Shown here: in pieces, positions 39,801 to 51,800 of the stretch
Layout: each line of letters starts with the position of its first letter
Numbering within the stretch: position 1 is the stretch's first letter
Source: Acanthaster planci
Taxonomy: Eukaryota
Assembly (NCBI RefSeq): GCF_001949145.1
Contig: NW_019091355.1
Span: 5,157,518 to 5,221,517 of the forward strand
Reading direction: 5' to 3'
Length of the DNA: 64,000 nt
Translations under genes and position numbers: made by a program
Notes under the pieces: model-generated
Seen by the model: the letters and a program-made list of their open reading frames with translations, nothing else
What the model was told of the DNA's origin: nothing
The model's database searches: none

Positions 39801-42800
39801 CTGGTCCCCTTGACTACCTCCCTCCGCTTCGTGTCGGGAGGTAGTCAAGCTGACCTACACCTCGGGATCAGTAATTCCTATTACTTCCCTTGCATACGTG
39901 TAGATACGGGTATGTAGCACATGTGTACATGTAAGTATGTAGCATGGTTTTGGATGTTCCACCGGCATCAGGATGAGTAAATGTTTAATTAACCACTTCG
40001 GGCCGGGGACATTTATAAATGTAGATTCTGCTAGGCCGGATTATTTTTCATTTCTTTCTGTTTTCAAAATTCTTTAATAATTCATATCTTCATTTACTGG
40101 TCACTTACACCCACATGAATGACTGTCTGGTGGCTGCTCTGATCTAACAGACAACATCTATTGACACCGGAGTATTTCAGCCAGGCCTGCCGCCTGGTAA
40201 AAAGAGCCTAGATTGTGCGGTGTTACATAAGTTTCTTTTGTTCCTGAAACTGGCACAGTGCTGTGCTGACATCTTTTCAATAGGGACCAGATTAGAGTGC
40301 AGCGGTACTGTATGGCTCATCACTGCAGCAGTGGAGTGCTTTTATCCCCGGTTGTAATCTGCCCGCACTGAATACCACACACCGGGCACCCGGCTGTGCA
40401 TATAACGAATATGTGTCCAAAACTGGGCTCCCCGGTAGCAAGTGGTTAACTAATGACTACTGAACATCATCCAACTCCCAAAAACATACACACAACATAA
40501 ACAGTTACTCCAGCAACGAACAACGAGCAGGATGCCAGCACAGGGTAGAACAGCTCGGTTTGGTACAGGGTTCCAGAAATTGAAGGTTCGAATCCAAATC
40601 CTGTCAACTTTCCCTGTTCAACTGAAGTATGGCCACAGTTGGCACAGCAGCAGTGCAGGCTTCTGATGGTCACAGGTTTAAATCCAAATTCAATTTTCTT
40701 TGAAAGTGCTGATTGACAACATATAATTATGCATGTATGTACCGGTATTGCATCTCCCCCACCCCTCCTGTGGTCCAACCTTTACCTAAAAAAGGAGCTA
40801 ATTTTTCATAAAAATAACCCCAGGGTGCTAAAACTCTGCTAAGATTAAGGGGATTGAAGGCACTGTGGTGTATGTAAAACAGCAAGCAGACTGCGAGTAC
40901 TGTGAAATGACTGGAAAGACCGAGGGCGCCAATGTAGTTGGAAGATCTATGTCAATATCTCCCAGCTGCAAGAACAATTCCAATCAAGGTGTGAGCAATC
41001 GTCACATTCATGTCGTCATATCATACGCACGCTGTGCAATTTTTATGCAACACAAAGGAGGATCGGGGGTCATGTTCGCAATATTTCCACACTGGTTGTA
41101 AATTTTTATGAACACTCTAAAGCCTGTTCTGGTTATTCAAGCCGGCCATAAACGGAGCGAGACCATGGGGCAATTTCTGTTTCAGTTCCTGTGTATGGAC
41201 AAAAACTGATGTACCTGGCTCATTCCTTTTCATGTACAATCGGTCGTTTTCATTCCAATTAAAGCCCATGTGGTGATTCAAACGTAAAAGTTAAACTGCC
41301 TTGAAGTGTTCTACAAACAGAATTTATAGCCACTGGTGAAACGCTGCTATAAATGTGAAGGTTACTGGATAAATCTATTAATTTCAATATCAAATATTTT
41401 TTGGTTATTCAATGACTAATGAATGGCTGAGTTACATTTAACATGAGGAAGTGTGCGGTTTACTTGAAATGTGTATTTTATCTGTGCACACAGCCAATTA
41501 AACAGGAGCTGTGGGTGCATTTTGTTCAAAGAATTTCTGAATAATTTGGTACATCAACGACTGAAAAAAACAAGTAAAAATGGAAGATTACGCATACATA
41601 TGTGGGTAATTCCAGAAATTAGGGGTCCATTTTTTACTGTGTCCCTGTCACATCTGATGTAAGTTCAGAACACACCTAATTTCTAAGAGTGATGAATTAA
41701 TGGAAATTACCTGCCAAACAAATAGTATTACAGGTAGTTTGAAATCAATTCCGGTGATATTTCCACGTCAAAGAATAAAGGTCAGATGTAACAGGACACG
41801 AAAATGTCACACTTTTGGACTCTAATTTCCAGAATTACTCAAGCATGTACAGGTAAGTACTTCCCATTTCTGTGAAACAACTGCAGGCCTTTTTTTTTGT
41901 CATTTATTGGCGGATTCAATAGGACTTTGGGCCTGTTTCTTTTCTGCAGATCAATCTGATCGTGATCAGACGTTGGTTTACTGACACAGAACCTGCCTTA
42001 TGGACGGCGCAAACCAGCCTTGGGACCACTGATCAAGATCCAGATTCCTGGTACCCATGACATACACTGTACCAACACCGTGGATCAGCAAAAACTTGTA
42101 GTTCTGAACTTTAAAAATTCAGACTTTGTAAATTGGATAAAGCCCCCGAACATAAACGCATACTTTACCAGGGAAAACATGTAAACAGCGGAACAACGAC
42201 ATGAGCCAGACACAAAATGGATTGAGCGCCTTAAACTTTCTACATGCACATGCTCATGATTGAAGACATTTTGTTCCCATGTGAAGGTCAGTACATACAT
42301 GTAAATGTACATGTACATTTACATGTACTGTAGTTGCAACCATCCATGGCCAGCCACCTGCACACTTGGTACATGTACCGGTAGTATCTCTGCCAAAAGT
42401 CATCAGACATGGTGCACCTGTCAAATGTCCCCCTCCCCAACTGCTCCAGGTCTCATGTTGATGGTTGGTCACACTCTTCAAACCCCCAGAGAGGAAATTT
42501 TTGCCAAGGCTCCAAACATTTTGACCACTGGCATTCTAAATGGCAAGTCTACAGTGCACCTGATGTTGGGATTTCCTTTAATTCAAAGGTGACAATCCCC
42601 ACATCTTGGGTGGAAGAGCCAAGGGAGAAGGAGAGGAGGACACTTGATAGATGCATGACAAAGCCCTTCAGGAAAGTCAGTCCAAGGCATAGACTTTCCA
42701 AGCCCTATTTAAAACTTTGAGTACATGTAGTTTAGCAGTCAGTGGTTAACTATGACTCATGTACGGCATGATACACGTAACTGTCGATTACAAACAGGAT

Positions 42801-45800
42801 ACTACGAATGCTACCAGTAAGATATAAACCAACAGTGTTGATTCATTGCAACAAAACATATTCAATGCAATAATTGGTTAGCTGGCCACAACTGGCCACA
42901 TATACTAATATGAATTTCTAAAAAATAGTCTGACTCAAAATGTACATGTAGCGTACATGCGTGTACATGTACATCAGCCATTACAAAGAGGGGAAGTGTT
43001 TTTAATCCCAAATATTGATACACGTACATGTACATTGTACATGTGGTCTCTGATGTCAATTGATATTTTCTCAATTCAAGCAAAAATGTACAAAAATATA
43101 TTTCATGTATAAACATGTGCACTGACTCATCCCAATTTACACACCTCAATTTAACATTGGGGTTAAATATACTCAGTACTTCTGTTTGTGTAATTAGTGG
43201 TATTTTTAGTAAATTATGTAAACAAAATGATAAACGTCCCAATGCACTTGATCTCATCAAACCCAGAGTAAGTTACCGAACAATAAATTCCCCTCTTCAA
43301 CCTCCTGTACACAGAGAGGGCATCAAATAATTATCTCACAGCTATAAATATCCATGACGGGCCTTCGTCACATGGAGCCGTCCAGCAGATCCAAGGTTCA
43401 CCGGAGGGGAACACAGGGCCTAAGCGCAACCCCTGGGGTGCAGGGGTAAGATCTGGAATGACGCATCCCGCTGAATGGCAAAGTGGCAGTTGATGTTGAT
43501 GACGCGTGCGAGGATAACGCTGGCTGGGGCTGATCGCAGCTTATGCCGCTGATTCACAGCAGTGCTCTGCATGTCCAAATGACAGATTCATTTACCTTTT
43601 TTCTTGCCAAATTTATCCCTTCCCGACCGGAACCACGAATCTCCGAAGACATGTACAATAAGTACATGTACAGGTAGATGTATACAATGTCCGTGTAAGT
43701 TCTACACACTGGGAAAGCCCAAACTTACAAAATGGGTGGTGCCTATGTATTGTACTTGGGGAGAAAGGTTAGCCCTAAATGCAGGCAGCCTGAAAATGCA
43801 AGCAGTGCATATTTTGAGGGATAATTTCTATCATTTTAAAGAACAACAAGTTGTGAGCAAAAGAAAACACCAGGAGAAAAGTACAGCGTGTGGTACCTCC
43901 CACAGAGAACAAATCCACCTGTAAATAAGGTGGGAGGAGACACGTGCCAGGGCACTCCCCCTCCTCCCAATCCCATGGATCAGCTACTCTTCTGTTAGCA
44001 CCATGTTTCTGGCCTGTGGAAGGAAATTTTTGCGCAGCCAAAAAACGACATCAGATGTGCATCCAAAACCGAGTTTGAATGTTGACTGGATTGTATGCAG
44101 TCCCAGTCTTGGAATTAGAATGAAAGATCGTACAGCAGCGAAGGTGCGCGATGGATAACTTTGCCCAAAAGGTGTAATTACCGTGGGCGCTATATGAGCA
44201 AGCGATATGCCTGTGTGGTTCACCGTAATGCTTAGGCGCAGGCGCACCAGGTGTACGTGTCTGCCGCAGCGCCTGCACCTATGCATTAATGTGTATTGCG
44301 CAGGCGTATCGCTTGCTCAAATGGCGCCCTTGTGAAGTTGTGATTACAACGTATTCACTGTGAAGTTCTCTGTCTTGCGCCGCAACGCGGTGTTATATGA
44401 TCTTTGATTAGAACCTACTTAACATCTTCCTCACAAAAAAGACAAATCAGACCTTGAACACAAATACATGTATATTGTCGTTACCACAGTCACTGCAGCT
44501 GATGCAGTTGGGTACATGTACATGTGTATGTACATGTACTTAATATTTCACAGGCCATTAAGAAGTTTAGTTGCCCAACACAATATTGTAATTTCATGAG
44601 GAAGAACAATTTCTGGCAGGAACGTATACTTATACATATTCATGTACCAGTAGGTTGCCAGTCCCTAGAGTACCGGGCAAACTACCGGTACATGTATGTC
44701 CATGTGCGCTTTTTATGCACATGTGTACAAATACACGTATCTATTACATTGTAAGAAGTACTGCCAAGTTTCTCTATGATTCCACTGATACCCATTTAGC
44801 AAGCAGTAAAACTTTACTCGTTTTTTACAACAGTTTTGGTCTTTTTTCCTGTTAAATTACAAATCAAAGTATGAAATATCATGTCATCTTGTAGATGGCC
44901 CATGACAACCGTCATCATTCTGTACTTAAACCATTCCATGCATGCACTCGTGATACTCATGTACACGTGTGCATCTGTACATGTATAAAACATATCAGGT
45001 GACTGTACCGGTAATTTGGCTTGTTCTTCCATTTGCCCTTGAGCTTTTCTTCACAATTCAACCCAAAATGCTTTTATCGGATAAAGATGACAAATATGAT
45101 AAAGAGGAAATCAGTTCACCCTGCTGTGTTTCGTGAGTTGTTTGTATTGCTGGAAATTATAAAAAATGATGTAAACCTTTGCAATGTTTTTTTTATCTAC
45201 AGTGTATTTAGGCCTTCACAGTGCATAACACGATCACATACAGACATGGAAATTACTTCACTACAGGTTGTAGCTGCTTCCACGTATTTTCACACATAGA
45301 AAGGCATTTTCAACCAAACGTTAGTAATTACCACAGACCTTGTATATTACTAAAGACCTTGTACATTTAATGTCCTTTCTTCATCCCTAACCCCCTAGGT
45401 CCTTTTTGCTAGGGACCCTCCTTAATCCTCCAGAATCCTCCAATTTGCGGGTGAAAAACTTGGATTCTTCCGAAATCCTCCAAAGTTTCTTGAAAATGTT
45501 ACTTGGAGGTGTGCCTACTGCCTCAATCCTTCAAAATCCTCTAGCAATTCCTGTCATTATGCCGAGGCAGTGCAAATGGCATTCTTGAGCAGTGCAGTTG
45601 ATTCAAAAGAAATATTGGGCTGAATTTATGCATGACTGAACAAGAACAACTCAAGGTCTAACCCACGACCTTCACTCATGACATCCTTCGCAATCAGCCA
45701 TGCCCTTTTGTCATTCACCCTCAATCATCCAAAATCCTCCAAAACCCCCCGAACGATTTTGGAGGATTGAGGAGGGATAGGTTAAATTTCAGAAGAATTC

Positions 45801-48800
45801 CAAATAACAGACTACATGTACCCAAAAGCTACTTAACTACAAGATAACATCTTATTTCAGCTAACCCAGCGCTGCCAAACTGATTGCAACCATTCTCACT
45901 CCTACCTTCTTAGATAAAAAGTAACAAATGAAGAGATAAAAATCATCCCAAAATTGAATCCTCTTTAATAGTGACATGGTCGGAGAAGGAATACTGGATG
46001 CCTCTACTCAGTCGTATGAAGGCCAAGGTCGTGCATGCATATTCACAATGGTGGAAGAAACAGGTCAATACATTTCCCTCCCTCTGACGATATACCAAGG
46101 GCAATCAAGCCAGGACCACATAAGGGAGAAGAAATGAAACACGGGACACCTTGGGGGGGTTTTAGGTGAGGAAAACCATTTCTGTTTTCTCTCAGTATTT
46201 AGCATTTGCCTTCTCTGAACATATACATGTAGACAAAGACTTAAAGATAAGGCTAATTTACTTCGCAACACAGACATGGCACAGAGGAAACACTTCAGAC
46301 AAGATCATCACAGTGGGGGAAAATGTACCTCTCGTGCCCTCTCTCAGCCAGAGCTGAGGTACTGTATCGGTAGAAGACGCACTCGCTCAGGAACAAGGAG
46401 AAAATCAATACCTACACCCCCAACTGTGTAAACTGGACATAAATTATGAAGAAATGGACCCGTGGTACAAATGTGTGGGACAGGATGGAAAAGCCAAATA
46501 TCTCACTGCAAAACAGTCAAATCAGCACTGTCCTGACTGCACCTGGCAGGCCTTAAAAAAAAAAAAACCACCACAAAATGTCAACGCTTGGAAACACAAC
46601 GATAGGGGTAAACGTGCCCCGCTGTTTGAGCAACTGCTTGCGCCTTGTCTGCCCGGCGGTCTCCCTGAAATAAAGCTTTTTAGGAGTACTTCAGGAGAGG
46701 GAAGACAAATTTGGAAAGCGAGCTTGTCTGTTTGTTGAGGTACATTGTAAATCAGCAGGAGTTTTGGAACATTCTGTTTTATTTTCCAGGACAGGAATAC
46801 TGCGGTATTTTGAGAGGAACTTTGAGAGGTTACCTTTCAAATGACTCCCAGATGAAAGCATTTCCTCCTTGCTACTTTTGTATTACACATGATGCTGCAT
46901 TTTGTGATAATGCTTCAATTTCTTTGAATCATTTTTTTAAGCTATTTCCAACAGATATGAGCATTAAAACCACCAACCATGTTTGTACACTGTACATGTA
47001 GAGTTTTCTTGCCTATTTCTGCTGGGGTGTTTCGACTCTGTTCAGGGTAACACATGGACTTGTGAGTTCCATGGATCCCCCTCAAAACAGGTTCCTGCTC
47101 AAGAACAATATGAATTCCCCAAAATTCAACCCAATGACATTTTCCTTGATCAAAAATAGCATGAGTTCCTATAAGAAAAAAAAAGAGCAAAACGTCCCCG
47201 CCCCAAAAACGAAACAAAAAATTACTGTACACAGTGCATGTCATGTCCTGGGTCCATAACATAAAATCCAGTTGCATGTACATGTACATTTTAATGACTT
47301 TCAGGTACATATATGGACATTTAAAAATAACAGGTGAATTAGTATAGTGGCAATTGATTAGAAACTGCTAAAATAATGAATATGACTAATGAATAATGAA
47401 TATGCTTAATTGTTAATATTGGGCACAACCGAAACATCGAAAAAAGCTTCACCTAGTCATGCAATACTGGCTACCGGTACTTGTTGGGGCCACCATGCGC
47501 ATTGTGCAACATGCAGCCAGCTGTAACCTTGTTACCAACCCACCTGTTGATTGGTCGGATGCCTTGCGTCGTATCTCCGTCACAAAGAGTCGAGCGACGT
47601 GATTGGAGAACTGCAGAACGTCCCCAAATTTATCTATAATCTCGTGGCCGGGGCTGTTTTCAAATACCTGAGAAGAAAAAAAATGCTAGGATAATTAAAA
47701 ATTAAAAAGGTTTCATGCTACGTATGTCTGGTACCCTGCCTGTCCAACCCTGAGTGTTGAAACAAAAGGAAAAGGGAGCCAGTTCAAGCACCGTCTTGCC
47801 CATTCAATCTTGCATACTACATGTATGTCAGATAGAAAGCCAGCTTTACGAAATAACATTTACTGCCCTGATAAAACCTAACGAGGTGTGAAACTCATTT
47901 CAAACAAGACTCTACATGATTTGCACAGTACAGTGTACACTAACCCTGGATGGTTTGGGCCCAACATTTACATCTGTCTGCAAAGTCTGTCAGTGTTGCC
48001 CGAGCCTTCTGACTTACTAAACTACACACATGTACATGTACTCATTTTTTGTCTCATTCAGATTAAGGTTGGTGTATCATTCTGGCAATTTCTAGTGCAG
48101 AATGGATACATTTGTATGTAATTCTCTAATTCCTGTGCCCTGGTATACTAAATACTGGTACATGCAGTTGAATAATGTACATATACGTGTAATACATGTA
48201 GGAATTTTATTTGGGCATTTTCATCATTAGTAAACTATACATGTAGTAATTATTACTTTCCGTGTCTGTAGGGGAGGAGGTTAAACCCAGATTTTATAAA
48301 CATCTGTGCTGGGTAAAATCCAGAGCAGTTGTGACACCGCGACATGAACGCAAAGAAACAGCATGACACATCAAGGCTTACATGTACTTGTCAGCTACAT
48401 GTACGTGTACACTGGTACAAATTCATATTCAGATGCGTATTCATTTCAAGTGGGCCAATAAAAACTACATGTACATGCACAAGGAAGCCTCTTTGTGGCA
48501 CACATCATCCAACGAAATTTCAGAAGCTGAGGAGCCATTCCCTTACCAGTCCCCATTCAATGACACCACGACATGTATTCTGTCTGGTATTAAAAGGAGA
48601 GGAGAGGAAGATGGGCCAAGTGATAGATCTCATCTGCTCGGAGGAAACCCGAAACGAAGGCTAGTACTGTATGTCTTCACAGCTTCGCTTCCAACGCTGT
48701 CTGCCGCTATTAGGCGGACGACAAATTGGGTTAAGATGAATCAAGAACACAATGCCCAGGAAAATATTAGGGGAGAGTAAAGACTCGGGGGTCTCGGCAG

Positions 48801-51800
48801 TGGCTGCCGAGGAACGGCTTAAAAGCCAGATTCATCAGGCATGGAAATGCAGCCCGAGTTTTATTGAGTTAATTGTCCTCCTCGGCCCGGTGTTTTCGTG
48901 ATGGTAACAGCATTTCACCGTCTGTCAGTCCATCTGTCTCCTTGTCTGACCGGGAACGATGCACTCAGTAATGAGGAACTCCAATGAGCACTGCCTCTCC
49001 ATGAACTAGTAAATGTATGTATGTACATGCACACCAGTTCATACCTGCACATGTAGGTTTAAACTTAGCCAGTTGAGAATTCAACCAAAAAGAAAAATAA
49101 CTCCACATCTACATGTACAGTGCATGTCCATGGAATGAACATTATGCAGCTGACATTTACATGTGCACATTATGAAGATATTGCAACACATATCAACTGT
49201 AATTAGATCAAAGATCTGCAGCATGCAAATGTTATTTACAAAAGCTTTATAGAGTGTAGTAAATAGTAATTATTAATACCGGTACATTACACGTACATGT
49301 ATACATGTATAAACTACATGTACATGTATCAGAATGTGTGTACACATACATTACATGCAATATGCACTGGCTTACACGCACATTCCCCAGAGTGCACGAG
49401 ATCCGTTTTCGTCTTAATGTGCACAAGCCAATAGCCTCTTCACATGAAAGCTACATGCACAAACTGGAGCATGGCCACATGGTAGCCATGGTGGTCTACA
49501 TGTACCTACCATATGATACAGCCCTAGTGGCCTTCAATTACAGCCATGTCCTGTCACTCATACCGTAATTTGTTACCGCTGAACTGCATTGTACATGTAG
49601 GCTAATTGTGTGCTGAATCCATGTATGTACACACTGTGTACGGTACATTAAACATACATTATCAATAGGTCCAAATTATCCTTTTGTTTTGACCCTTGCC
49701 CTACAGTGCCCTCCAAGCCACTTCAACATTTGCAAGACCGCCCGCCAGCCTGTTAAAGATTAATGGCTATTGAAACACACGTTAAGAGTGCTCAGGCATC
49801 ATTCATGCCCGTACATGTACGTATAGTAAATGGTGATTGTGACAGGTGTTTTAATACACAGCAATATTTGTGACACCAAACACCATTCCTGGCTTGCATT
49901 CACACATTTTGCTGACTGGTCAAGTCAAACAGATGAAACCATGGTAAGGTTACCGGAAGGTAAATCTTTTTCTTTTTTTTTATCATTTTTTCAGAGAAAG
50001 GCGGCCATTTTCTCTCTCTTCTTTTTTCAGATTTTTTCCCAAGATGGCCTCCATGCACATACATGTATCCGGGTGCATGTACAATGTATGTACCTTCAAG
50101 TTAAATAAAAGCCCACTTATTAGAAGCATGAATACTGTACCGGTAGTAACATGTACATGTTACGTGTATGTACAGTACNNNNNNNNNNNNNNNNNNNNNN
50201 NNNNNNNNNNNNNNNNNNNNNNNNNNNNNNNNNNNNNNNNNNNNNNNNNNNNNNNNNNNNNNNNNNNNNNNNNNNNNNNNNNNNNNNNNNNNNNNNNNNN
50301 NNNNNNNNNNNNNNNNNNNNNNNNNNNNNNNNNNNNNNNNNNNNNNNNNNNNNNNNNNNNNNNNNNNNNNNNNNNNNNNNNNNNNNNNNNNNNNNNNNNN
50401 NNNNNNNNNNNNNNNNNNNNNNNNNNNNNNNNNNNNNNNNNNNNNNNNNNNNNNNNNNNNNNNNNNNNNNNNNNNNNNNNNNNNNNNNNNNNNNNNNNNN
50501 NNNNNNNNNNNNNNNNNNNNNNNNNNNNNNNNNNNNNNNNNNNNNNNNNNNNNNNNNNNNNNNNNNNNNNNNNNNNNNNNNNNNNNNNNNNNNNNNNNNN
50601 NNNNNNNNNNNNNNNNNNNNNNNNNNNNNNNNNNNNNNNNNNNNNNNNNNNNNNNNNNNNNNNNNNNNNNNNNNNNNNNNNNNNNNNNNNNNNNNNNNNN
50701 NNNNNNNNNNNNNNNNNNNNNNNNNNNNNNNNNNNNNNTTGATGAACAAACCATACAAAATCAGCTGCAAATTACACACACAATTGTACATTACATGTAT
50801 AATCGCTATAAAAGCTTCTCACGTCTTAGGAGTACATGTATCTTGATACCGATTTAGCAAGATTCAAGAAACGAACAATCCAGTTAGAAATTTCTATTTC
50901 TTTTAAATTTTTAAAGGAATAATTTACTTCTTGAATTGAGTACACTTGAAACAAGCCTCCATAGTGCAATTTGTTCATTTGAAACAAAAGAAATTCTCCT
51001 TTTCATGAATTTTGCGTTCACATATTCAAATTCGGACAATAATATTCGAAATTGGATAATCGATTGAATATTCAGATATTTGGATAGTTGGCACAGCCCT
51101 ACTGGAAAGTTTTTTAATTTTCATGTACTGGTAGCTAAATCCTAAATAAGACACAAGCATGAGTAAGTTTTTTCTTTTAAAGCCTACACACGTGTACATG
51201 TTTAATTTCCTTATTGTACATACATGACATATGTACATGTACCTCCATCACATTACTATACCTGCTCTGAAAAATTTTTTTTAATTCATGTACATGTACA
51301 ACAAATCCTTGAACCATACATTTACAAGTAATAAAATTGGATACTAGCAAAGAAGAGCCTGTGTTGGCTATAAATATTCCAATGGCCTCTAGATCTCATT
51401 TTTTGGGGGGCAACTTTACATGTATATGTGTGTAAGTGACTTCAAGCGAACATGTTGCAAGACCAGAAGAGGTCACGTAGTGTACGTGTACACAATGCAT
51501 ATGTGCGCAATAAATAATTAACTACTACATTTCAGGTTCAAGCTGGCCTCTAAGAGAAACAGAATCGAGGAATGGAATTCAAACACAGCTTACTAACATC
51601 TTTGGTATGCGAAACTACTATTTCAGTCAAGACACGTATTAGTAAACATTGTGGCTATTCACTTTTTACACATGTGGCAAAGGTTATTCCAGACACCTGC
51701 TTCAGAGTATGCCAGCTTTGGCATGTGCTGTATGCATTTCCATGAAAAATGCATTTAAACCTTAAATCCAAAGAATAAATTTCTTATTTACTTTGCTAAA

